Shown: piece by piece, positions 43,014 through 57,169 of the stretch | Layout: every line of letters starts with the position of its first letter | Numbering within the stretch: position 1 is the first letter of the stretch | Origin: Podarcis cretensis | Lineage: Eukaryota | NCBI GenBank assembly: GCA_951804945.1 | Contig: OX638150.1 | Coordinates: 41,602,001 to 41,666,000, forward strand | Reading direction: 5' to 3' | Length of the DNA: 64,000 nucleotides | The notes under the pieces: model-generated | What the model saw: only the letters and a program-made list of their open reading frames with translations | What the model was told of the DNA's origin: nothing | The model's database searches: none | Translations under genes and position numbers: made by a program

Positions 43014-44281
43014 GTATGTCTAAAATTATAGAATGCATGCTTGTTTGAAATTCTTTTCTGCCATTCTATTCTCGCATGAGTCAGCAAAAAACCTATATAT
43101 AAGCCAAGCAAAAATTAAAATGGAAGTACAAGGGGCTGGTTGTAATTGTGCTCTTCTGCTCATCTAAGAAATTTTGATCCAGTGGACACCTCAGCTAACT
43201 GAAGAGGAGGGGAGACTTTTTTGCAGCTGCTCACCCTGCCAAAATTTGCTCCGACATATTGGAGTCACAATGTGGATAAAAGCTGCAGTGGGAATTGGTG
43301 AAAATTGCCTCCCCTCCTCTTTCATTAGTGGGGTCCTCCACTAGATCAAAGGGCTCCTGTTTGTGGAAGGGCACAAGTGAATGTGTATAAATCAGTCATT
43401 ATACATAAAATCAGAAGAAGAGAAGCAAATTAATTCCAGCTGTGAAGGCCCTGCAAAATAGAAAGGTGTTCACGTTAAGCTGGAATGCTAACAAGAGGGA
43501 AGCCAATCTGGGCCTCCATGCAGCTGTTAGAACGGCGGCTGCTGTAGTGCACATAATACAACTCCTGTGAACTTACATGCCTGTCTCTGGAAGAGTTAAG
43601 GCCCAAGCATTTCTGAGCAACAGTGTACAGGTGACTCAAAGTGTTTTCAGATCTAGAACATGGAGCAGCACCCTTTGATGTTCTTGGTTCATTCCTTATC
43701 TGCACAGTGGAAATAAAGGTATTCTGTCTCAAGAGTTGTGCTGAAGATGAACAAGACAAAGTTTTTAATTGCATGCTCACATTTAAAATAATGGATTCCC
43801 TGGCAAGGATTTGTTCAAACCTTTTACACAACTTTGGACATTTTATGGCACAGGATTCCCTATGTCCTTTTGATGCTTACACTTGCTTCTGAGAAGCATG
43901 ATGGGTAACGCTGTTTCCACTGTAATGCATGACCAGCTCTGGCAATTCTGAAGTGCCCTTTTCCTGTTGTGCAATTAGTGTCATTTTCCTAGTGGCAGCA
44001 GTCTCATCCCGTTTCCTGACAATAAGATGCTGGGATATTTCTTCATTTTAACGGACGACTCTTTTTGGCTGGGACCAGTTAACTGCTTTTAGATCTGTAA
44101 TGATGCATCTCATTACCAAATTGTATAACAATGAGTTAATGCTTTCAGAACACCCCAGCATAAACTTGACATCCTTACCCAGGCCCATACCATCTCACAG
44201 CAAGTAAATATCCCCATTCCATACTGAACACCACCGCGTCAGGCTAAGTTCAGATTCTCTCAGGACAAGTGATAAACATGA

Positions 44282-44530
<249 letters not shown>

Positions 44531-45047
44531 TAGTTTAAACTGAATTGGCTTTTCCTGACTCTTCATTACTGTATCTCCAGTACCAGAGCAGGGAAACATC
44601 AGGAGCTATGAACTTTTGGCAAGGTGCACCGCTCCTGATTTCTTGCAAAGCATTTCAAGGTTACACCAGCCTATTTACCTGTTAGCTTGGATAGTGGATG
44701 CAGCTGCTTTAGGGGGTGGGGGTGGGGTATTCCCACCAATTCAATACAATAAATTCAGTAAAAATGGATCTAGTTCACACTGCAGTAAAAACAAACGTGC
44801 AGGTAGTCTGTGCTACTGCAGGTGGCAACTGACCTGAATGAAGGAATGTTTCTCCATTCAATCTGGTTCTAGCCTAGGCATCTGCTGCCCTTGTGTGTAA
44901 GCCCTCACCTGCACACAGCTTTGCATTGAAAACCTTGCCATCTCAATGGAAAACAAGCCAACTTCCACCTGCACAACGCATGTCTGTCTCTTTGCCAAAC
45001 ACAGAAAGGTCATAACGATGTGATTTTCTGTTGCTCATTAAACTCAG

Positions 45048-45296
45048 CTCGCTGATGCCAAAAAGAAGGTTGATGATGACTTGGGGACTATTGAAGGATT
45101 GGAGGAGAACAAGAAGAAACTACTGAAGGACATGGAACTTCTGAGCCAGCGTCTTGAAGAAAAGGCAATGGCGTATGATAAGTTGGAGAAGACCAAGAAC
45201 CGTCTTCAGCAGGAGCTTGATGACTTAATAGTGGACCTTGATCATCAGCGCCAAATTGTTTCCAACTTGGAGAAAAAGCAGAAGAAGTTTGATCAG
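45048..45296 (+). CDS. MYH10: MYH10 rod exon ([13 protein letters not shown]...KKFDQ)
   Basis: ctcag|CTC...CAG|gtatgc, 249 nt. Confidence 0.96.
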
Positions 45297-45451
45297 GTAT
45301 GCCACTATATAAATCCTCTTGCTTTCTTCTTGATGATACATGTAGCTATTAGCTATTATTTGCCCAGTAGATAATCTTGTTACATAGGTATTTTCATGGT
45401 CTACCTGTGACCTGTTGGATTATCTAAACTAGTTTTCAGCTGGCTCCTTAA

Positions 45452-45916
<465 letters not shown>

Positions 45917-46573
45917 TGACTGAGAATGATGTAGTACAGTTTGAACAAGTGCTTCAATGGTTGTGTGTCAAATTGAACTTTGGGCAGTTGGAACACATTC
46001 ATTCTAATATTCTGAGAAGACTTCCGGAATTCTGTATGCATCAACAGCTGAATGCACTGGAAGGCTCTTAAAACACAAAGGCTCATAGTCCTAGGGTTAA
46101 AGTTGCCTGTCTCTGTGGATTTTTGTCATTGTTGTAACTTCAGCTTTTACACTGTTCTGACCATAAGAGCTCTACGTTCTCTACTATGGTGGTGTCTTCC
46201 ATCCCTGTGCTCTCCAAAAGCAGAAGCAAATGTGGTATGAGCACTTGTGTATGTGTTCTAGGTCGGTGGTTCCCAATATTTTTGGTAGGGCAACCCACAA
46301 GCCCAAATCCACTTGGTCTGATGACCCAACAGTATATTGTCATGTGAATTTTGGACCTCAGGTCTTGGGCAGGCATCATTGGTATGTATTTTATCTGCAA
46401 GTTTGGCGATTTTATACCTATTACTTGAGGCATCCAAGCAAAAATCTTACTTAATGCTCCTATTAATGTAGGATTTGTTGAAATAATTATACTACTTAAG
46501 CTATTCACAGGTTGTTGTTGTTTTTTAAAAAAATGGGAATGTAAAAACACTAATCATTTGATTGTGGCTGTAG

Positions 46574-46837
<264 letters not shown>

Positions 46838-48236
46838 TAAGCAAGTGTCCCTCAAACTAAAGCAGTAGGTCGTTGGATTTTATTAAGCTTTGAAGCTGGA
46901 ATGTTAGTCACCTGAAGCACAAGTCCTTCTAACCCCAAGAGCCAAACAAAATCTGTCTTCATTCATGACACTCTAGCATGCTAATTTCCATGCATGCTTG
47001 ATTATTCCTTTGAAAGGGCAGTGGCTGAAGCATTCTCAAAATGCCAGATTTTGTTTCATTTAAGCTATTTTCCACCCAGGTTTTGTAGGGTGCATAAAGC
47101 TGAAAATCTCTGGTAAATAAAGCAAAAAATCTTAATTTGTATTAAGTCCATAGCAATTTATCATAATCTTGCATACATGTGTAATGCCTATGGATTCAGT
47201 ATTCACTGAACCAGTGTTACAAAAATGCCAGGTGGGGGGGGGAGAGCATTTTGCTGGCTCTACATGACGGAGGGCAGGTAGAGTGAACCTGGATCATGGA
47301 ATTTATAGCTTCCTTTCTGCTGTTGTAATTAATGTACAGAGTGCTGAGCACTATGAATATGGAAACAGTCAAGGAGGACCTGTTGATTTATTAACTGTAA
47401 AGGAGGACTGTAAACTGCTGGCTTAGGAGTTTTGCTTAGTGCAGATGTCCTTCAACAGGTCTCTTTCAATTCTAGTATGGGTGCTGCTGACTGGAGGTTC
47501 TTATTGAGGTAGAAATAGGTGTTGCTTTCTACTGTATGCAAGCTGCTGTAAAGTCTGTTAAGAAAATGTCTTTCAAGTTCTGATTCAGGAAATGATGCCA
47601 TATTCTTTGCCTCTTTCTTTTTTAATTTGGTTTTGCGGTAAAACACATTAAGTTGTTTATGAGCACTTTAGTAGGTTTTTTAAGGGTTTTTTTTTTTTTT
47701 TTTTTGCATAGTTGATCATAAATTACTTTCCATTTTGCTTTGAAGAATTAATGAGACTACACAAAGCTTTTATTGTCTCCATTTTGGGAACCAGTGTACC
47801 ATGAACAAGTGTGCCCTTTTGGCCTTACTATGAGGTTAACAATTACGGTTGGCTTCAATAACTTGTAATATTAAGCTTTTGCACAGGAGCTATGGATCAA
47901 AGGAGATAGAAGCTCTTGGTGAAAAACTGCTCATAAAATCACTGGACAAGTGAAAACATAGCTGATTGTAGCCCATGTAGCTCTTCTGCATTTTTGTCTG
48001 CTTATATGCCCTCTGCTTGGCTTGTCTCCTGAACAGCTAATGCAGATTATCAGAGGGTTTCTTTACGGCATCCTCATAAGGGCATGTGGATCCTATAGTC
48101 TGTGTTTTTATTTAAATACCGCACAAATGTTTCCCCTGGACTTCATCCTTCCTTATAGGCAGCTCCAAACTGTGGGACATTTTTGAATTCTTCTCTTTTG
48201 TCTTCCTGTTTTGCTTGTTACTGATTTACCCTGTAG

Positions 48237-48425
<189 letters not shown>

Positions 48426-48608
48426 TAATCAAACCTTGGCCCCCAAAGTCCTTATCAGCTTCTCCTTACTGTAACAGAGATAAAGACCTGGGTAACCTGA
48501 ATATAATTGATCAACATTAATAGAAACAGGATCTAATTGAAACTGGATACTCTAGATGTGTAGAGTAAATTCTGGCCATGTGATTGGTTGGTCAAGTTCT
48601 CAGAATAA

Positions 48609-48836
<228 letters not shown>

Positions 48837-49640
48837 TGACTCTTAACATTCTGCAAGTTGAGTGTGTATATTTTACAGATGCTTTGCAGAGTTGTGTGTG
48901 TGTGGTTTTGGCACAACTTTTAAAGCGTACACACTAAAATGTTTCATTTGTTTGAAGTAGTTGATTTGAATACTTTTCAAGGATCTGGTAGAGTCAGGCT
49001 TCAGTATCAAACTCTCTTGGGCTAGGGCAATGCTATAAACAAAGTCCAATTTGAACAGAGTCCAAATACAAAAAGAAGAAAATGGGAGAAAACAGTGAGT
49101 GTGTGCTGAACAGTTGACCAGCTAAAACTAGGTGGGACTGTGAATCACCAAACATTGTGGCTCTTTTAGTTGCCCCAAGATTCATGAAGACTTTTTGGCT
49201 GTCACATGGAGGGAAGAAGCATAGATAATGTTTTTGAGGAGCTTGTGCTCCTCTAATCAAAATGGCTGTCAATATCTAGGCCCCTTTGCATGATGGCAGG
49301 GGTGCCTTACTTTTTGAGAACCAGGAGATTGGGGTCAAAAGGATCCAGTTTAAAAAAGAGATTACTCAGCTATTTCTGGTAGACTTGAGTAGCTCAAAAG
49401 TGCCTCTGATGTATACTAGAAAATGCCAGGTAATATGTGAGCTGGGGAACTTCACAACATGGTTAAACTAGGCTAGAAGCAAAGCATATTAGTTTCTTAA
49501 AAGCAAAAGGCTGCTTGTGCAGGCCTGTTTGATAGTGATATTGGGCACAACATGGTAGCTTTCTCTCCCTTCCCACCATACGTTTGAAAATGGTTTTGCC
49601 TGCTGAAACTAGTGAGGTTCCCATGAATATATATTTTCAG

Positions 49641-49729
49641 GACCTTGCTGCCTCCGAGAGAGCCAGACGCCATGCAGAGCAAGAGAGAGATGAGTTGGCT
49701 GATGAAATTGCCAACAGTGCCTCTGGAAA
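49641..49729 (+). CDS. MYH10: MYH10 rod exon ([30 protein letters not shown])
   Basis: ttcag|GAC...AA|gtaagt, 89 nt. Confidence 0.96.
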
Positions 49730-49859
49730 GTAAGTAACTCCGGGTAGACTTTCTCCACCTATGGCAGCCATTCTGTGGCAGAAGCGTTCTGTGTCTGCAG
49801 CAGTTGCTGCACAAACCTCAATACATGTGACTGCAGCCAAATAGCTGAGTTTGTACTGA

Positions 49860-50301
<442 letters not shown>

Positions 50302-50689
50302 TAAGCACGGCACACTCTGAAAATAGTGTTTCCAGGAGGCTGAATCGTGATTTGATTTTGAAAAAGCGCAGTTTATTCTGAAACACCTTTTTTGGTAGCT
50401 ATTAATGAAACAAGATAGTCATCCAGTAAGAAGCTTGCAAGCCCAAGGAATAATAATCATCCAGTGCAGGCATTTGTGCGATCTTAATCAAGTTTATTTC
50501 TGATGGTGTGATTTATTGCTTTGATGTTAGCACTGCTTGATGCATGAATTGTTTTGGGACTACAATTCCCATCCCTGCCCACTGGTCCTGTTAGCTAGGG
50601 ATGATGGGAGTTCAAAGTTTGGCCACCACTGCTCTAGATGGTTATGGGAACCCACTTCATCATCACCACCATTATTTTTCTATTATTAT

Positions 50690-51190
50690 TTCATTTATGA
50701 CTCTCTTCTCATGTAACACCTCAAAGCGATTTCTAATAACATATATAAGACAGTACATAAATAAAAACAGTTAAAACAATTGCATATATAATACAGTTTT
50801 AAAGACAACTGTAAATATAAAAACAGCAGCACATACATAAACTCGGTTCAAATCCAAAACAAATACCAGCTGGGATACAGATTTTTAGAAGGTTTGTTGA
50901 AAGTGGAATGACGTTAGCAGGTGCTGAAAAGGCAACAGTGACAGCACCTGACTGATATGCAATGGAAGGGAGTTCCAAATGGTAGCTGTTTCCACACTAA
51001 AGGCCTCATTCTGACATCATATGGAACCGACCTCCTAAGTGAATGATAATTGCAGGTTGCCCACTTGTGCTGGATGCAGTGATCAGTTGGGTATGTAGGG
51101 AATGAGGCAAACTAACAAGTATCCTGGTCCCAGGTTCTGTAGGGCTTCATACACTAATACCAGCACTTGAACCTAGCCTGGTAGCTAATT
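50690..51190 (-). mobile_element. Degenerate L2-like LINE 3' fragment (similar pieces at about 26100-26460 and 34700-35000)
   Basis: A-rich segment followed by motifs shared with 26390-26460 (GGTCCCAGG...CACTTGAACCTAG); family assignment from memory. Confidence 0.45.
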
Positions 51191-51337
51191 ATTCTCACTA
51201 GTGCTTTATTTTTCTGCTGTGGGTTCATGGAACCTTCACCTGTGGTTGGTATACATTTGGGCTCTGTTGCACTAATGACTAGTCTGCTACCTTTTTGACA
51301 TCAAGTTGAGTGATCCCGCTCTGTTGACTTACCTTAG

Positions 51338-51446
51338 GGAGAGGGCAGCAGCCAACAAGCTAGTACGTCGGACAGAGAAGAAGCTGAAGGAGGTGTTCAT
51401 GCAGGTTGAGGATGAGCGCCGACATGCAGATCAGTACAAAGAACAG
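51338..51446 (+). CDS. MYH10: MYH10 rod exon ([11 protein letters not shown]...QYKEQ)
   Basis: cttag|G GAG...CAG|gtgagg, 109 nt. Confidence 0.96.
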
Positions 51447-52428
51447 GTGAGGAACTACCTGTGCCACTTAGAATCTCTGCTGTGCCTAGCTGACTATAGA
51501 AATTTTTTCCTGCTAATGCACATCGGGAAGCATGGCAGGTTGTTTACAACGGCCTGTATTGTGGACGGGGAAAGAACCTCAGAACTGGAGGCTGAGAGCA
51601 CTCCCTGGTGACTTCCCTTCCTTGGCCACAACCTCTTTCTCCAGGCCAACCCCCCTCACTGGTCCTTCATCGCACTCTCCGTGAGTGTTTTTGCATGGCT
51701 GAAATGTGTCTTTGAACTCTGATAATGCCTCCTGCTTGTCTGGATGAAGGAAAGAAAGAGGTGTGTGAGAGTGGGTGCAGAAAGTGCAGCCTAGTTGAAA
51801 TTCGAATTCAGCATCCCACCCACTTTTGCTGCTGTTCCCCACCCACCACTCGAATGTATGCCCAGAAGGGAATGTTCCCCTTGGGTTGAAAAGGTTCTTC
51901 ACCCTTGGCCAATAACCTCCATGAAGTTCTTTAAGTGAGCAGGTGTGTGCACATCCTGCAGCATCTCTGCTGCTAATGGATCCCATTCACTTGGGTGTGG
52001 AGTTGGGGGCTTGTGCAAGCCTCTCCTGCAGCCCATTCAAACTTCTGCTTCTCTGATCTGGAGTAATTGCAAATGACTGAACTATACCTTCAGGAGAAGG
52101 GTATTTCTGGAGCATGCAATTTCCTGCCGTAAGGTTAAAAAAGCCAACTCAGTGCGTTAGAGAAGAGTTTCACCAAAGTTTTATAAAATCCATTTGAGCA
52201 GCACAGGCAGCCAAGGCAGGCAGCACTGTCTGCTTTGTGAAAGTGGATGAACTTGTCAATCTGCCCCGTGAACATCCCACAGCGTATGGAGACCGAAAGA
52301 TGGTTACACCGCTGCCAGAGGTTCTCTGTCTCGAAAAGGGAGTGTAAGTGAAATAGGATCTCTAATCTCATCTGGCGTGTCGTGCGGATGTTTCTTTCAT
52401 GGGGCCTGTTTCTGATAATGCTCTGTAG

Positions 52429-52602
<174 letters not shown>

Positions 52603-53274
52603 TGAGTCATGTGGTGGAAGGTAGGTCAAGGCAGGTGTGGGCAAATGCTTCAGGGCAGGTCGCTTTTGAGTTGTTGTGAGGGGCTCATTTGATTCACCAT
52701 TTCCAGTTCTCTCCCTCCCCCAGTTTGTGATAGATCACCTCTAATGTGGTCCAGAATTTAATGGGAGGGTGCTGTTGAGTAGCCAGAATTGAACATTATG
52801 CTTGAAATTTAATGTAGGACTAAGTGGGGGATGTAGTCCTCTCAACAACTGGATGTTCCCCAACTCCCCAGAGCAGATTAATGGGGGGGGGTGAAACAGG
52901 AGGGGAGTCCTGTTGTGTGTGCGCACACAACAATTTTGTTGAATCCCACCCCGTGTCTACAGGATCAGATCATTAGCTGATCTTGTGCCAGGTAGGCTGA
53001 GTGTGAGCTGCTTATGACAAATGGCCTACTCAACTCCTATACCAGTGAATGAGAGGGCAAAGTGATATATCCTGAGCTATAGCCACACAGGTAGCAGGCA
53101 TAGTTGTAGGCTTAAGTCTATCACTGGAAAATCCTCATCTGTGAGCGCTATGGTCTCAACGAGGGGGACTCCTTTATGCTAATGTGGGGCATGGTGGGTA
53201 GCTAGACATCCTTTCTCTGTGGAGCAAAGGTCTATGTCCTTCCAACAACTCACTCCTTTCCCTCTTCCTCGTAG

Positions 53275-53419
53275 GAGGGGCGGCCCAATCACGTTTTCCT
53301 CCAGCCGATCCGGGAGGCGACAACTGCACATTGAAGGGGCTTCCCTGGAGCTTTCAGATGACGACGCAGAGAGTAAAGGCAGTGATATCAACGAGACGCA
53401 GGCTGCCCAAACAGAGTAG
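53275..53419 (+). CDS. MYH10: MYH10 last coding exon, non-helical tailpiece ([47 protein letters not shown])
   Basis: cgtag|G AGG GGC...GAG TAG. Confidence 0.96.
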
Positions 53420-54772
53420 AGCCTCCCCCACACCATATCTTACAGCGGGCATTCCCGCCAATGTGACTTTTGCTCCATGCATTTGGAAGAGGAGGAAGAG
53501 GCCCTTACTGGCCACCAAATTGCCTTGTGGCCCTAGACTTGCCTTAGGCAACACTGACACACTACCTGGTCATGCAGGTCAGCCCCAGCATACTGCTGCC
53601 TGGCTTTGCCATGATGTAGCCTGCTTTGGATATAGGTACCACTGCTTCTTTATATGTATTAAACCTGTCTTCGTTCAGTGCTCTTTGTCTTCAAGGTATC
53701 CATTGTAAAGCCATTTTCTAAGGCACTGGGCGATAGGATTACCCCTCTGTCCCTTCTGATACACCATTCCCAAGCAGAAATTTCTGACACCTGCCTCTTC
53801 CCCTTTTCTATGCATGTTTAGCTGTATAGCAATCACTTGCTTTTCTTTTGGTCTCCAAAGTTCTGCTTATGTACCAGCCTGACTACGCCTTTTTCCTGAT
53901 CATTTTACGATAGATTTAGGTCATTGACTGTGAAAATGCCCTGAGGGGCTTCAGGGGGTAACGTACAGCTGAGAGTAGTAGCATCTCTACTAGCCAGCAG
54001 TTGGTGATACATAATGAGCACTCCTCAACCATGGGACCTCTAAATTGGGTTGGTGCTATGTCCTGGCAGATTAGAGACCAAATAAGATACTAACCACTTT
54101 CTTCAGTACAGCACTATTAATAGTGCTCAGTGCAAATTGGATAGTCTCAGCCTGGGAATTGGATTACCCCCCGCAGCTACCCAGCAACTGTTTCCTTGCT
54201 GGGGGTAGAAGTGTTAAGATTAGAGCCGCTCTTGCCAGCTATCTTGATGCCCAAGATCAGTGTGTCTGCCAGAGGATAGCACGAGGACATTGCCTGTAAA
54301 TGGATACAGCCTGTGGAACTGCTCTTTCCCTTTCTTCAGCTTTCATTTGGACAGTGTTAACTGCACCTAGCTTAGCATCCTTATTGTTTCATAGCTGTGA
54401 ACTGACATTTACAGAAAGTGCCTTAGACACTACAGTACTAAGACAATGTTACATATATAATTTGCCTATAACAATGATTTAATGTATTAATTTTATCATA
54501 TCATGTTACATACACATCTTCTCTAGTCAAAGTGGTATTGATATTCAGTGATGAGGAATCAGTGTTAACTATGAAATCTTGATCTGTTGCAACATGCTTG
54601 AAAAAAATACTTTTTTCTTGGTTACAAGCTTTAACATCCGTTATAAAGCTTTTGTTTCTGTGCATTTGGGTATATTTCTTAATCCTAACTGGCTGTTGAC
54701 CACCAGGCATCTGACTGCAAATACCTTGTTTCTTTGTATCTCCATATTTCTAGACAATGATTTTTGTAAGAC

Positions 54773-54778
54773 AATAAA
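54773..54778 (+). terminator. MYH10 polyadenylation signal AATAAA (second copy at 54861-54866)
   Basis: AATAAA after a U-rich 3'UTR about 1.35 kb past the stop. Confidence 0.75.
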
Positions 54779-55953
54779 TTTATTCATTCTAGAGACTCAT
54801 TCATGCTTGGGCTGCTTACTTAGAAGAGATGCTCTCCCTCCCGAAATCAAGATAGAAATGAATAAATGAAACTTGCAGGTTTGTCCCTATTGATAAACTG
54901 ATGGTGCTATAAAAGTAAATGATGTTGATAATAATATTAAATACTGAATCATTTTTAAATTGTAGTAAGTGATAGGCATCGAGTTACTTCAATAATTCAT
55001 TTTCTTGGGTTTTAAATTCTTTTTGCATTTGAGAAACAGGTGTGCTGAGTTCAGCAACCAATACATAATGCAAGGAATACTAGTCACAATAACTTGGGGG
55101 GGGGTGTGTTGCCTCCCCCATTCCTTAATTTAGAACAAGGGAACACCTTTTATCTATCTGTAAGCCAAGGTTGACAGATGTGGCATCAACCTGTCAAACT
55201 CCCTTTCCCTTTAGATTTTGTTTACTCTTGTAGTAGTGTGTAATGAAGATGATAAATAGCTTTGCAACTGGTGTATAACTTAAGGCAGTACCCACTCACC
55301 ACTTTACCAATGGTGACAGTACAGGAGTGGTCCATTATTACTGATGTATTTACATCTAGGAGAAAAAGTCCTACCTGAAGCTTGGTCTTTTGGGTGTGTA
55401 CTTCAAGATAAGAAACTATGAATAGGAGCACATGCTACTGCCAATCATGGTGGATGTTGACAGTAGTGAAGCATCATGCAGAAAGTTTCAGTTTTGGCTG
55501 GAAATCTTACTAGAGACCATCAAACCTGAATTTCAGCTGCTAGCTGTGCAAGACCTGAATCCTCTGTTCAGTTGCCATCTTGACATTAAACAAGTTTCAA
55601 GTACTCTTCTTAGTTAGTTCTTAGTGTCTTTCCTGGCACTCGCCATGTGCTGCAGGAATCCAACATAGGTTAGGCATGTAGAAGAGAGCCCCCTCCCTGG
55701 CTGCCACAATTCCAAAACACATGAAAAAGAATGCTCTTTGATCAACCACCTCCACATCCAGATGTAGATGCACTCACTTCCGTATTTACCCCTCTACTGA
55801 CAGCTAGCCACAGCTGTGGAAGGGAACTTGTGTCAACTTTATAAGGGGAAGAGCCTGCTGCCACAGTGACACCACCCACTCACCAAAACAACACACAAAG
55901 CATAGGCAGAAGCATCTTTTCTGCAAAAGCCAATGTGTCCACATTAAAAGATC

Positions 55954-55959
55954 TTTATT
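55954..55959 (-). terminator. NDEL1 polyadenylation signal (distal); proximal AATAAA at 56304-56309
   Basis: TTTATT on +; GU-rich downstream element on - strand at about 55870-55900. Confidence 0.65.
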
Positions 55960-57078
55960 TTTGGACCATCTCTCGTTGAACCACAGGATGGCAGTCACCA
56001 CAGAAATCTGATACACTGTCCTAGGGAAAACATGCCTCAGAGATTCTGAATAAATAAAGCTACAAAGCCCAAGTTATGTACAAATATCTTAGGCAAAGAT
56101 ATTATGTTTACAAACCTATGTACAGTAAAACAAATGTAAACAGTAAATGCAGCAAAGGACACACAAGAAAAGGGCTGACAAAATCCAAGCTGTGAGTGGC
56201 AATTTGCCCCTAGCCTGCTCTGGCTTTTACTCCCTTCTCTTTCCCTTGCTCTTAGGCAATTCCCACTAAATCTCACTAAGAAGCCAGAGCCCCAAACCAC
56301 TGGTTTATTGAAATAAGATAGGCAAAAGCCAGCAGCATAGGATGAAGCTGACTAAAATTTTAAAAAAATTAAACGGGGGTGTTGCTCTACTTTAAAAATT
56401 ACCAGCTTTGGTGAACAGAGACATAATTGCACAACACACACATTTCTTGTGCTCCACAGAGGAGATACCACAGCTAGATCTTTAGCAGGGCTGCTCCATC
56501 AGGTCTCAAGCCCATTGGATACATCATCATTTCACTGGGAGTATGGAAGGTCCATACAGGTTCATCCTGCATCCCAAGTGTATCAGCTGGCCAGAGAAGT
56601 TCTAGGCCTTCCCTGGCTTCCCTTGAATATGAGCTGTCTCATCCAGAAAGGGGGCAGGGTGGGGAAAAGAAATACAGCACTGGGATCCTGTGTGCCTATG
56701 TGCAAAGTTTGGGGAACAGTGGGAGGAGGTGGAGGAGTTGCTAAGGGGCCATCCAGCATCAAAGTAGGCCCAACTTAGCAGAGGTACAAAACTGGAGGGT
56801 GGGGCAGCAGGAGAAGGTGATTTAGGCAAGTGCAACTCCAGCATCCTGTGAGACAGACATCAGCGGTGACCACGTTAAAGAACGTCCACGATGGAAATAG
56901 AAGAAAATAGACTGTATTGACATAAGGAGTGCTCTGTGTGTGCTGGGATCTTCTCCAGGCAGCCTCTGAGTGCTACAACCCACTCAGCTCCAGCAGGGGG
57001 CACTAACGGAAAAGTTTTGCAAGCAGCTCTTGTTCCTTCACGAACTAATTAGAGTCCCATCATGGCCTTGCAACCCAT

Positions 57079-57169
57079 TCATACACTTAGAGGGAGCATG
57101 CCTGGTGCTGATGATGGTCTGGACCCTCCTAGACCTGGTGGTGGGCCTTGGTCAAAGCCATTGACTGCC
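57079..57169 (-). CDS. NDEL1: NDEL1 terminal coding exon ((G)[29 protein letters not shown])
   Basis: ttccacag|G GCA GTC AAT...GTA TGA on - strand; C-terminus matches the NDEL1 PLSV isoform; convergent with MYH10 as in mammals. Confidence 0.93.

Noticed and set aside
53417-53708. Stop-codon readthrough or alternative-frame extension of MYH10
   Set aside because: TAG-A is not a readthrough context; the overlapping 125-aa ORF is in another frame with no support
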